Positions 7,999-16,989 of a DNA stretch of 37,815 nucleotides are shown one piece after another. The position numbers and the translations under genes were made by a program. The stretch comes from a virus (Duplodnaviria; Caudoviricetes): positions 1 to 37,815 of IMG/VR virus record IMGVR_UViG_3300028588_000053. One strand, 5' to 3'. The stretch's first letter is position 1. Each line of letters begins with the position of its first letter. The notes under the pieces were generated by a model that was not told the DNA's origin, ran no database searches, and saw only the letters and a program-made list of their open reading frames with translations.

Positions 7999-8514
7999 TC
8001 AGATCAGGTCGATTGTGGTTCGCGGTTTGCCGAGCATGTCGCGGATTGCGTGGACTCGATCGCGGCGCAGCTCGGGAATTGAGGGATCGAGATCGGAGAC
8101 GGCGCGCTGCCCGGCGCCGGTCAAATCCGTCTCGCGCTGCCCCTCGATCAAGAGGGCACGCACCTCGGACCCGACGGCGCGGCGGTAGAGGACGGTGAGC
8201 CGGCTTTCGCCACCCAACGTCTTCGCCGGCACCGCGCCAAGGCTGGTGAAGCCGGCCGCCTGTTGGCATTCCGCCCAAGCGGTAAGGCTCTCGTCATCGT
8301 TCACCGCGACCAGCGCGAACAACGCCGCCTCGCGGAGCCGCTGCGCGGTGACGGCATCGCGGATGCGATACTGATCGCGCAGGGCCTTTAGATCGATGTC
8401 CGGAAACCATCCGTCGTTCGCCAACGGCTCGTCGACCGGCTGGGGCACGAAGGGCGCTTGGCTGTAGGCGTCAGCGGGATCGAGGCCCTGAGGGATCGGG
8501 ATGGTGCTGGTCAT
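7999..8514 (-). CDS. gpL: Head completion/stabilization protein (P2 gpL)
   Basis: NDGWFPDIDL, YRRAV, AIRDMLGKPRTTIDLI. Confidence 0.92.
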   Translation of the reverse strand: MTSTIPIPQGLDPADAYSQAPFVPQPVDEPLANDGWFPDIDLKALRDQYRIRDAVTAQRLREAALFALVAVNDDESLTAWAECQQAAGFTSLGAVPAKTLGGESRLTVLYRRAVGSEVRALLIEGQRETDLTGAGQRAVSDLDPSIPELRRDRVHAIRDMLGKPRTTIDLI

Positions 8515-8628
8515 CTGGAATTCCGGAAAAACATGGGGGTGGAGATCGGTGCTAAGGCGGCCCTGAAACCCGGAGGCTTGCTCCCGCTTGCGAGCGAACT
8601 GCCCCCATGACGCCGGGGGGCGAGCTGG

Positions 8629-8826
8629 TTAGCTGCGGCGCGTGCGCAGCCGCTTGACGAAGGCCACGAAGCGGGCCGCGATCGGCGCGAGCTTGGCTTT
8701 GGCCTTGTCGGCGAGGGACTCGACTGGAAGCGAAGGTTCCCATGATCGTGGCGTAAACGCGAGCATGAAAAGGCACACGTAAAGCACGGTGAGGATCAGA
8801 TAGACCGAGTTGAGTAGGAAGATCAT
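8629..8826 (-). CDS. Small membrane protein between M and L
   Basis: 65 aa, N-terminal TM segment, basic C-terminus; ATGA overlap with the M stop. Confidence 0.55.
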   Translation of the reverse strand: MIFLLNSVYLILTVLYVCLFMLAFTPRSWEPSLPVESLADKAKAKLAPIAARFVAFVKRLRTRRS

Positions 8827-9632
8827 GCGGGCCTCTTGGGCTTGGGGGAAGCCTTCGCCTTTGGCGGCTGGGGCGGGGAAACGGGCTTGGTCGCGGCCTC
8901 TTCGGCACGCACGACCTGGCGCAATTTGGTCGACACGCCGGAGCGCGGATTGAGGCGCTGGGCTTCGGTGAGGGCGGCGATCGCGCGCTTGCGCATGTCG
9001 CTGCCCTCGGCCGTGTCGCCGGCCGCGTACGCGAGCGCGGTGCCGATCGCCTTCGCCATCTTGGCGCGAATGGGGTCGTGCATGTCCGCGAACGCGGTCA
9101 GCTCTTCGACTTCAAGCAAGAGATCGAGCGGGAACAGGTCGCCGAGCTGCTGCATGGCGATCGCCACCTCGGCGACCTCTTCCGCGATCCATGACGGCGC
9201 ATCCCGCTCATAGCGGGCCGGCATCGGCAGCTTGTGGCGCAGAACATAGCGCACCATCGGCATCGCCGCGTCGAAGTCGCGCACGTCGATTTGCCACACC
9301 ATGAGCGTCGGCATGATCTCGTCACCGACGATCGCGACATCGCCGTCGAGCAGGCCCGCAACCCATGCGGCATATTCGGGGAGCATCCGGCGCTTGGCCG
9401 CGACTTTGCGATCGGTCGCCTTGATCTGTTTCAGCGCCATCAAGTCGTGCTTGAGGCGGGCTTTCATCAGGCGATTGGCGTTGTCGGCCGCGTCGGAACG
9501 CGGGGCAGTAGGCCGGGCGGAGGGGGAAAGGGGGGAAACCCCTCCGCCCGGCACGCCATGAGCTGCCGTCGTCACCGTGCCAGCCGCTTTCTGGGCAAGG
9601 GTGCGCTGCATATGTGCGAGGACAAGGCTCAT
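8823..9632 (-). CDS. gpM: Terminase small/endonuclease subunit (P2 gpM)
   Basis: LKQIK..KR.MLPEY..WV.G.L, LMVWQIDV, DMHDPIRAK motifs; ATG 9632. Confidence 0.9.
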   Translation of the reverse strand: MSLVLAHMQRTLAQKAAGTVTTAAHGVPGGGVSPLSPSARPTAPRSDAADNANRLMKARLKHDLMALKQIKATDRKVAAKRRMLPEYAAWVAGLLDGDVAIVGDEIMPTLMVWQIDVRDFDAAMPMVRYVLRHKLPMPARYERDAPSWIAEEVAEVAIAMQQLGDLFPLDLLLEVEELTAFADMHDPIRAKMAKAIGTALAYAAGDTAEGSDMRKRAIAALTEAQRLNPRSGVSTKLRQVVRAEEAATKPVSPPQPPKAKASPKPKRPA

Positions 9633-9662
9633 GGGCGTTCTATTCCGTGGGATTGGGTGGTG

Positions 9663-9698
9663 TGGCGGGCCGCGCTGGGGAGGGGACGCGGCCCGCCA
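9663..9698. terminator. Hairpin after the capsid gene
   Basis: 12-bp stem tggcgggccgcg/cgcggcccgcca; no U tract. Confidence 0.45.
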
Positions 9699-9702
9699 GC
9701 GA

Positions 9703-10815
9703 TCAGGCCAGACCCGGTTCCTGATCGACTTCCTCGATCGGCGCGATCTCGCCGACCGGATCGCCAACGACGATGTTTTCGAGGAAGACGATCTTGCCGT
9801 AATCCTCGATCACGTAATCGACGTTCTCGCTCTCGTAGTTCGCGATCTGGTCATAATCCGGCTCGTCGCGGAGCAGGCGGCGCGACGCGCCGAGCTGGAT
9901 GTAGATCGCGAGGTTCTTGAACGACGTAATCATGATCGCGTTGGCCGGGAAATGCGGCACCTGATAGGTGGGCTTACCCCCGATCGTGTCGGCGCCGATC
10001 ATGATGTCGGCCGCCAGCTTCTTGCGCGGATCGTCACCGGCGCCGGTGTAGATCGAGAACGACCGCTTGCCCGCCAGCCCGGCGCCGAGGATCACGACGA
10101 GATCGGTGGACGTACGCACGCGCTCATCGAGCGCCTGCAAGGCATCGACCACCATCGCGTCGAGGTTGACGTAATCGCCGGTGCCATCCGCCTTGACGAT
10201 GATCGAGCCGGCATGCGTGACGACGCCGGCACCGTTCTTGACCTGCGGATCTTTCACGCCGGCCGAGAAAACGCGCTCCGGCGCGTCTTCGCGAAGGTGC
10301 TGAATCCAACCCTTGTTGAGATCCTGCAACAGCGGGTACGTCTCGGGATCGGTGTTGTCGGCGACGTGGGTTCCGTGCCAGCCGCAGATAATCTTATCCA
10401 GCGCCTGCTGTTGCAGGATCGCATTCCGCAGGATCTGCTGGAAGTCGGGCATGTGCGCCCATGCGTCGAGCTTCGCATACGGGAACGCATAGTCGCTATT
10501 CTGCTTCTCGCAGCGGTAGCGGTTGAGGCGCGAGAGGCCGGTCGGATCGGTCGGGACGCGCTTGACGCCATTGCCGGTCTTGGTGCGGCTGGCGATCGGC
10601 CGCGTGGCGCTGACGCCGAGCTTCTCACCTTCCTGATTGACCGGCGTCTCGATCGAGATGCGCGACAGGAAATCACTCTGCTCGCGCAGCTTGAGGACAA
10701 CAGTCTGCTGGATGTTGGGCGCGATGGCGAACCGGATCGCGGTGGACGATGCGCTGTTCAACGCGGCGATCTTGGCGGTGAAGCCTTCGAACTTTTCACG
10801 GGTTGCGGGGAGCAA
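9703..10815 (-). CDS. gpN: Major capsid protein (P2 gpN)
   Basis: PIASRT, KLDAWAH.PDFQ, PLLQDLNKGW, YESENVDYVIEDY; likely TTG start 10815 with a GGAG SD. Confidence 0.95.
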   Translation of the reverse strand: MLPATREKFEGFTAKIAALNSASSTAIRFAIAPNIQQTVVLKLREQSDFLSRISIETPVNQEGEKLGVSATRPIASRTKTGNGVKRVPTDPTGLSRLNRYRCEKQNSDYAFPYAKLDAWAHMPDFQQILRNAILQQQALDKIICGWHGTHVADNTDPETYPLLQDLNKGWIQHLREDAPERVFSAGVKDPQVKNGAGVVTHAGSIIVKADGTGDYVNLDAMVVDALQALDERVRTSTDLVVILGAGLAGKRSFSIYTGAGDDPRKKLAADIMIGADTIGGKPTYQVPHFPANAIMITSFKNLAIYIQLGASRRLLRDEPDYDQIANYESENVDYVIEDYGKIVFLENIVVGDPVGEIAPIEEVDQEPGLA

Positions 10816-10890
10816 GGCGGGAGACTCCAAATAGAGGGCGGCTTGGGGTGGGGGGGTGGGGGGTGGCGGGGAGTGGGGTCGCGGGGCCGA

Positions 10891-11733
10891 TCAGCAATCG
10901 GTTTCGTTGGCGGCCGTCGCGCCCTGCTCGCCGGTGGCGAGCGTGCGGCGCGACGGCTTCGGCATCGCGGCGAAATCGGACTCGAGCGCCGTGACCTTCT
11001 CCGCGATCGGCGTGATCACGGCGGTAACGCTGGCGATCTGCTCGACCATCGCGGCGCGCAGGGCGGTGAAGCCTTCCGACATCAGCGCCGTGAAAGCGGC
11101 CGAACCCTCCGGCGCGACGGGCGGCACAACAGGCGGCGTGACGACGGGCGGGGTGCCGGCGCCGGTGATCTTGCTGGTGAGGCCATTGAGGAACGCCGTG
11201 AAGGCGTTGAGCGCCTTGCCCTCGGGCTGCGCGTCGGCTTCGAAGGTGAAGGCGACAGGCTCGGTCGGAACGGAAAAGACGGTGCCGGGCGCGGTGCGCG
11301 AGAACTTGAGCGGCTGTGTGCCGATCGAGGCGGGATTGTCGGTGAAGGCGAGGCCGACAAGGCCGGTTTTGCCGGTGCCGGCATAGTCGGGGGTGATCTC
11401 GACCGAAGGGAACGGCTTTTGATCCTTCTCCGGCTTGCGCAGCTCGACGAGTTGGGCGTTGCCATCGACCTGCGCGTAGAGCGCGCGGCGCGTCTCGGGC
11501 TTGCCGGCGACATTGATCTGATCGTCGCGCGCTTCCACCGCGATCACGCTGCCATAGCCGTTGAACGGCGGTTCCGGGCTATAGCCGGAAATATGCTCGA
11601 TATTGATCCGGGGCGTGTAGGTATCGAGATCGAACGTCGCGACGATATCGTCGATCATCTTCGGCGTGATCTCGCGTCCATCGCTAACCGTCTGACCGGC
11701 CACGAACACGCGGAATAGGCTGCTCTTCGCCAT
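10891..11733 (-). CDS. gpO: Capsid scaffolding protein/protease (P2 gpO)
   Basis: GQTVSDGREI, RINIEH, LVGLAFTDNPASIGT. Confidence 0.95.
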   Translation of the reverse strand: MAKSSLFRVFVAGQTVSDGREITPKMIDDIVATFDLDTYTPRINIEHISGYSPEPPFNGYGSVIAVEARDDQINVAGKPETRRALYAQVDGNAQLVELRKPEKDQKPFPSVEITPDYAGTGKTGLVGLAFTDNPASIGTQPLKFSRTAPGTVFSVPTEPVAFTFEADAQPEGKALNAFTAFLNGLTSKITGAGTPPVVTPPVVPPVAPEGSAAFTALMSEGFTALRAAMVEQIASVTAVITPIAEKVTALESDFAAMPKPSRRTLATGEQGATAANETDC

Positions 11734-11824
11734 TGCTCTTTTACATTCCCTAGCTTGATGAAGCGGATTGCGTTTCTTCGACGCCTCACCATCGCGGGAA
11801 TGTTTCGCTGTCTCTACGTAGTCG

Positions 11825-11849
11825 TGTTGTGCGACGTTTCTCTACAACA
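11825..11849. promoter_or_regulatory. Ogr-type late activator site between the divergent O and P promoters
   Basis: TGTTGT-N13-ACAACA, centred about 56 bp from the P ATG; matches the site upstream of V. Confidence 0.75.
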
Positions 11850-11892
11850 GCGCTAAAAGGCGCTTGATCGACTGATTTTTTAGTGTCGGCGC

Positions 11893-13746
11893 ATGGTATT
11901 TGCGCCCGAACAAGATCCGGTAATCCCTCCGCTTATGCCGCGCCTGCTCGATCCGCGCAGGCGAGCGCGTAGCCTGTTCTGGCTGGGCTGGGGCATCACG
12001 GAAATTGCGGAAGAGCTGGAACAGCTCGGCGTCGTCAACGAAAAGGGCCGGCCGTACCCGCGTGCGACAATCGAGAGCTGGAAACAGCGCGAGCGCTGGG
12101 ATGACGCGCCCTCGATCCGGCGCATGGAAGATGCGTTGGAAGTGCGCTGGCAAGCGCTGATCCTCAAAGACAAAAAGACTCCGCACGATTTCAAGGAAAT
12201 CGATCTGCTCGGCCGGCAGGTCGCGACGCTCGCCAAGGTGCGCCGGTTCGAAGAGCCGGGCGGCCATAGCGGCGATCTCAATGACAAGGTGGCGAACCGC
12301 AACGCGGGTCCGAAGAAACAGGCCAAGCGCAACTATTTCACGGCCGAGCAAGCGGCCGAGCTGCGCGCCATCTTCGACGATTTCGCCTTCGAATATCAGG
12401 CGACGTGGCGCGAGAATATGCATCTGCGCACGAGGATCATCCTCAAGTCGCGGCAGATCGGTGCGACCTATTATTTCGCGTTCGAAGCGCTGATCGACGC
12501 GATCGAGACCGGCCGAAACCAGATTTTTCTATCGGCGTCGAAGGCGCAGGCGCACCAATTTAAGAGCTATATCATCGCGTTCGCGCAGATGGTGGGCGTT
12601 ACGCTCACCGGCGATCCGATGCTCATCACCAGCGCGGTACGCCCGGAGACCGAGGCAGCGGCCGAGATGCACTTTCTCGGCACGAACTTCCGCACCGCGC
12701 AGGGCCGGCACGGCAATTTCTATTTCGATGAATTTTTTTGGGTCCACAATTTCGAGGAACTCAACAAAGTCGCCTCGGGCATGGCGATGCACAAGCAGTG
12801 GAGAAAAACCTATTTCTCCACGCCATCGACCATCGCGCACCCGGCTTATCCTTTCTGGACAGGCGCGGCCTACAACAAGCGCCGCAAAAAAGCCGATCAG
12901 GTCGAGATTGACGTAAGCCATGACGCGCTGGCGGCTGGTCTGCTCTGTGCGGACAACGTGTGGCGTCACATCGTCACCATACACGACGCGATCGCCGGCG
13001 GATTCGATAAGGTCGACCTGGAGGAATTGCGCACTGAATATGCGCCTGACGCCTTCGCCAACCTGCTCGAATGCGAATTCGTCGACGACAGCCTGTCCGC
13101 GTTCAAATTCAACGATCTCAAGGCGGCGATGGTCGACGCGCTGCTCGATTGGGAGGATATCGACCTCGATAGCGCGCGACCATACGGCAGTCTGCCGGTG
13201 TGGGCTGGCTATGATCCTCAGGAAAGCGCGGACGGCGACAATGCCGCGCTCGTCATCGCCGCGCCGCCCACGAAGGTCGGGGGGACGTTCCGCTTGCTTG
13301 AGCGTCACCAGCTCAAAGGGCTCGATTTCGAACAACAGGTCGAATTCATCCGCGCCGTCCTTTCCCGCTACACCGTCACCTATCTCGGCATCGACAAAAC
13401 CGGCGTCGGCGCGGCGGTCTACCAGCTCCTATCCAAAGCCGGCGAGACGATCCGGGGCGTGGTCGCGATCGAATATTCGCTCGAAGTGAAAACCGCGATG
13501 GTGATGAAGGCGCAAAACCTGTTTCGGCGCGGTCGTATCGCGTTCGACAACGGGTGGATCGACCTGATTTCGGCGTTCATCGGCATCAAAAAGACCCTCA
13601 CGACAAGCGGCCGGAACATCACGTTCAAGGCCGGGCGGGGCGGCGACGAAGGCCATGCCGATCTCGCGTGGGCCGCGATGCACATTTTCATCAATGAACC
13701 GCTCGACGGCAAGGAAAAGCCGGTCGGCACTATGGAGGTTTTCTAA
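11893..13746 (+). CDS. gpP: Terminase large ATPase subunit (P2 gpP)
   Basis: SWKQRERWD, ILKSRQIGAT, YFDEFFW, TYFSTPS, HADLAWA. Confidence 0.97.
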   Translation: MVFAPEQDPVIPPLMPRLLDPRRRARSLFWLGWGITEIAEELEQLGVVNEKGRPYPRATIESWKQRERWDDAPSIRRMEDALEVRWQALILKDKKTPHDFKEIDLLGRQVATLAKVRRFEEPGGHSGDLNDKVANRNAGPKKQAKRNYFTAEQAAELRAIFDDFAFEYQATWRENMHLRTRIILKSRQIGATYYFAFEALIDAIETGRNQIFLSASKAQAHQFKSYIIAFAQMVGVTLTGDPMLITSAVRPETEAAAEMHFLGTNFRTAQGRHGNFYFDEFFWVHNFEELNKVASGMAMHKQWRKTYFSTPSTIAHPAYPFWTGAAYNKRRKKADQVEIDVSHDALAAGLLCADNVWRHIVTIHDAIAGGFDKVDLEELRTEYAPDAFANLLECEFVDDSLSAFKFNDLKAAMVDALLDWEDIDLDSARPYGSLPVWAGYDPQESADGDNAALVIAAPPTKVGGTFRLLERHQLKGLDFEQQVEFIRAVLSRYTVTYLGIDKTGVGAAVYQLLSKAGETIRGVVAIEYSLEVKTAMVMKAQNLFRRGRIAFDNGWIDLISAFIGIKKTLTTSGRNITFKAGRGGDEGHADLAWAAMHIFINEPLDGKEKPVGTMEVF

Positions 13747-13748
13747 CC

Positions 13749-14777
13749 GTGAACGATAACGAGTCGGCGATGTCCGATCCCGTGGTTCCGCATCAGTGGG
13801 ACGCCTTCGAATTCGGCGAGCCGGAGAGCGTGCTTTCGCGCCGCGAGCTGATCGACATGATGGAGATCCAGCGCAACGCGCAATGGTTCGAACCGCCGAT
13901 ATCGCTGGAAGGGCTCGCGCGGTCCTATCTCGCCAGCCCGCACCATGCGAGCGCGATCCAGCTCAAGCGCAACCTGTTGGTCGCGGATTTCGTGCCGTCC
14001 CCGCTCATATCGCGCGCGACGTTCTCGGCAGCGGTGCTTGACCTGCTCATTTTCGGAAACTGCTACTTCGAAGAGCGCACCGGGCAGCGTGACACGACGA
14101 TCGGCTATGACCACGCGCTTGCGAAATACACGCGGCGCGGCACCGCGCCCGATCAATATTGGTGGGTGCCGGGCGCGTCGCCGGCGAGACCGTTTGAGCC
14201 GGGCGGCGTGGTGCAGCTCCTACAGCCCGACATCAATCAGGAGGTGTACGGCCTCCCCGAATATCTGAGCGCGCTTCAATCGGCGCTGCTCAATGAGGCG
14301 GCGACGCTCTTTCGCCGGCGATATTACAAGAACGGGAGCCATGCCGGTTTCATCCTGTACGCCACGGGCGACTTCGCCGATGGCGATACCGACCGGCTGC
14401 GCGATGGTCTGAAACGATCGAAGGGGCCGGGCAATTTCCGCAACCTATTCGTCCATGCGCCCAAGGGCACGGACAACGGGATCAAGATCATCCCCATCGC
14501 GCAGCTCGGCGCGGCCGATGAATTCCTTGGGATCAAGGGCGCGACGCGCGACGACGTGTTGGCGGCGCACCGCGTACCGCCCCAGCTTCTCGGCATCGTG
14601 CCGGCGCAGGGATCGAGCGGCTTCGGCAATCCGCTACAGGCGGCGGATATGTTCTACGCGATGGAGATCGACCCGCTGCGCACGATCTTCCTCGACATGA
14701 ACGAACAGGTCGGCCGCGAGGTGATCCGCTTCCGCGAACGCGTCCTGCTCTCGCAACAGGCGAAGCCGGCCGCCTGA
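13749..14777 (+). CDS. gpQ: Portal protein (P2 gpQ, PBSX-type)
   Basis: DINQEVYGLPEY, FRRRYYKNGSHAGFI, KGPGNFRNLF, AAHRVPPQL. Confidence 0.97.
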   Translation: MNDNESAMSDPVVPHQWDAFEFGEPESVLSRRELIDMMEIQRNAQWFEPPISLEGLARSYLASPHHASAIQLKRNLLVADFVPSPLISRATFSAAVLDLLIFGNCYFEERTGQRDTTIGYDHALAKYTRRGTAPDQYWWVPGASPARPFEPGGVVQLLQPDINQEVYGLPEYLSALQSALLNEAATLFRRRYYKNGSHAGFILYATGDFADGDTDRLRDGLKRSKGPGNFRNLFVHAPKGTDNGIKIIPIAQLGAADEFLGIKGATRDDVLAAHRVPPQLLGIVPAQGSSGFGNPLQAADMFYAMEIDPLRTIFLDMNEQVGREVIRFRERVLLSQQAKPAA

Positions 14778-15080
14778 TCGGTTTACGCTTGGCTACCATC
14801 GGTTGACACATAGCGGCGATCGTCAGCGACGGTCGCCGCTTCGCGTTTACACCGCGCCGATCGGCACGCGGTGCAGCTCGGCCGCGCCGGCATAACGCAA
14901 AGATCGAGCGGGGAGCGCCGCTTAACGCAAGTAGCATCGCCGCGCGGAAATCGCGGGCGCGACGAGGCACCAATCCCGACCGCGATTCGCGCCCGATATC
15001 CGGCCGTATGCGAGGCGATTGATCGCCGCTCGGCCGCGACCGCGCGGCCGCGGTTCCGTGTCGCCCAGATAACCGGCCCG

Positions 15081-15168
15081 TAGGGGGCGCTGGCGCGCGC
15101 CACAGCGCGGGGTCGTGCGAAGCCCCGCTTCGCTGGCGCGGCGCTGTGCGAGGCTTGCAGGCGCCCTA
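15081..15168. other. Long nested imperfect stem-loop
   Basis: Nested stems gggcgc/gcgccc, cacagcgc/gcgctgtg and gcgaagc-ccc-gcttcgc. Confidence 0.55.
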
Positions 15169-15248
15169 ATCGGCCTGTGAAAATCAGGTTCAAACCCAAA
15201 ATTTCCGGGTTTTCGCGGAAAATCCCGAGGTGCCGCGCCCCCTGAAAA

Positions 15249-15305
15249 CGCGCTATTCCCCCCGCCGCACCCGCGCCCTTTTCGTGTCGGTTTTGATGCA
15301 GACCG
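15249..15305. other. P2-type cos (cohesive end/packaging) site
   Basis: cgctattccccccgccgcacccgc...cggttttgatgcag resembles the P2 cos context; downstream of the portal gene; TGATGC(A/G) repeats at 15294, 15312, 15365, 15375. Confidence 0.8.
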
Positions 15306-15573
15306 CAGAAATGATGCAGCCCCGGTAAACCGGGGCGTGATTGCCGGGGTTCCGGCGCTTGCGATGATGCGGTGTGATGCACCCTGAGGGCGCTACGGGC
15401 ACAATAGGGGGCACCGGGCGGTTGTCAAAGGAAAACGCCGGCCACTGGCGTCCGCACGGATGCCCGGCCCGGCATAGCCGGGGCGCTCTACCTCTCCGCT
15501 GCATGGTGCCTTTGGTCGTGTTCGGGGCGTCTCCTAGATCCAATACGTACGCCGGTAGGCGTTCCTTTTCCCT

Positions 15574-16299
15574 TTAACCCCTTAGGGCCGGTTTGCGCTC
15601 GTTCAGTAGATTCGCGCTCTCAGGCAAAAGATGCGGGGATAGGGAGACAGAAAAGAGGCTGTCAGCAAGCTCCCGGTCTGCGACGAGGGTTCGGAACCTC
15701 TCCCGTGCCGGCATTGCCTCTAGATCGCGCGCGAGCTTCTGAGCTGCCTTGCGCTCGACCGACTTGCGTAGGGCCTTGCGCTTGCGCTCGCCGCCCGTGA
15801 GGTGGTTGATATAGGCGATGGCCTTCTGCGGTAGCGTGAGCTGGTACGCGCTGGTCATCTGCGCCACCTGGGGGCCTGCACCCTCGGCGTCGTCGCGGTC
15901 CTCCTTGCGGCGAACCCAATTTATGAAGCCTGCGCCACGAAGTCGGGCGAGTGCATCGGTAACGGCTTGGCGGGAGCGCTTCACCCCGGCCATGATCGTC
16001 GCGATCGAGGGTTCAAGCCTTCCGTCTTTGAAATCCACGATGCGATACATGTAGCGTAGCACCTCCAACCCGATATGCCCGATCGGGCCATTCCGCTTGC
16101 CCGGTTGCTTGTTCACGCGGTCATATTCCTCGGCCGTGCGGAGCCGCGCGCTTACCGACATCGCCTTGCGGTCGATCGGCTTCCACATCGCCAACGCGCG
16201 ACGATCGTCAGGATAGACGGAGCCGGGCCGGCAACGAACCTCGGGCTGGCCCGCGCCGGCAAAGGTCATAGCGATGTCGAAGAGTGAGCGTGCGGTCAT
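15574..16299 (-). CDS. HTH replication-initiator-like protein (plasmid RepA-like)
   Basis: GRLEPSIATIMAGVKRSRQAVTDALARLRGAGFINWVRR wHTH plus Q.TSAY motif typical of alphaproteobacterial plasmid-type initiators; last early gene, in the gene A slot. Confidence 0.65.
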   Translation of the reverse strand: MTARSLFDIAMTFAGAGQPEVRCRPGSVYPDDRRALAMWKPIDRKAMSVSARLRTAEEYDRVNKQPGKRNGPIGHIGLEVLRYMYRIVDFKDGRLEPSIATIMAGVKRSRQAVTDALARLRGAGFINWVRRKEDRDDAEGAGPQVAQMTSAYQLTLPQKAIAYINHLTGGERKRKALRKSVERKAAQKLARDLEAMPARERFRTLVADRELADSLFSVSLSPHLLPESANLLNERKPALRG

Positions 16300-16318
16300 G
16301 GATGGTCCAGCGTGAAGA

Positions 16319-16504
16319 TTAGGCGGGTCGGGTGGCGATTTCGGCGCGCAGGCGGGCCGTCATGGCGTCGCGGCGAGCAGCGAAGGTGCGTTCGTGGCGA
16401 TCTCGGCCGAGCTTGGCAGCGCGGGCGCGATCGGCGCGGACGGCTTTGGCAGTGTCGATCGCCGGCGATGGATCGGTGGTGGCGATGATCAGGATGACCG
16501 TCAT
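16319..16504 (-). CDS. Hypothetical protein
   Basis: 61 aa; ATGA overlap with the upstream gene. Confidence 0.5.
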   Translation of the reverse strand: MTVILIIATTDPSPAIDTAKAVRADRARAAKLGRDRHERTFAARRDAMTARLRAEIATRPA

Positions 16505-16989
16505 GCAGACCCGCGCAGGTTGCTGACGCTTTCAAGGATCACCAATCCGGCTTGGCTCACTCCGCATGGGAGCCAGCCGGCACGCCGGAAGCATTCGCCC
16601 GGCCGAGATTGCCGACTGCGGCGGCTTCGCGTCGCGGCCGCATTGACGAAGGTGAAATGGCGCTCGCCCGGCCAGTAGCGATCGGCGATCTCGTCCGCTT
16701 CAACGATGAGCGCCGATGATAATTCTGCTCCAACATTGCTGAAAATGAAGCACTCGACGCCCCGTTGCGCGTCCGCCCGGAAGCGCTGGCGTCGCCATCC
16801 GAACAGCGCCCGGCGGTCGGGTGAGCTAAGGATAAGTCGCTCGGCCGGGCCACCAAATTGAAGCGTGCCTTTAGCGAGGCGACGTGCGCGCGACTTCGCC
16901 GAGGAATAGTGATTGTTGTAGGTCGCAGCCGCGATCGGGTCACCGTCGAGGATAGGCACCCATGTGCCAAGCGGGAGAAGCGCGGTCAT
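16501..16989 (-). CDS. Putative Mom-like (GNAT-fold) DNA-modification protein
   Basis: N-terminal HYS motif and C-terminal FTFV...PGECFRRAGW motif recall Mom/XF1762-like proteins; coupled to the methyltransferase. Confidence 0.45.
   Translation of the reverse strand: MTALLPLGTWVPILDGDPIAAATYNNHYSSAKSRARRLAKGTLQFGGPAERLILSSPDRRALFGWRRQRFRADAQRGVECFIFSNVGAELSSALIVEADEIADRYWPGERHFTFVNAAATRSRRSRQSRPGECFRRAGWLPCGVSQAGLVILESVSNLRGSA

Noticed and set aside
9577-11718. 713-aa + strand ORF
   Set aside because: Antisense shadow of the well-supported N and O genes in high-GC DNA
14783-15577. ORFs across the portal-rep spacer
   Set aside because: Low-complexity Arg/Ala/Pro translations overlapping cos and hairpins; no family resemblance
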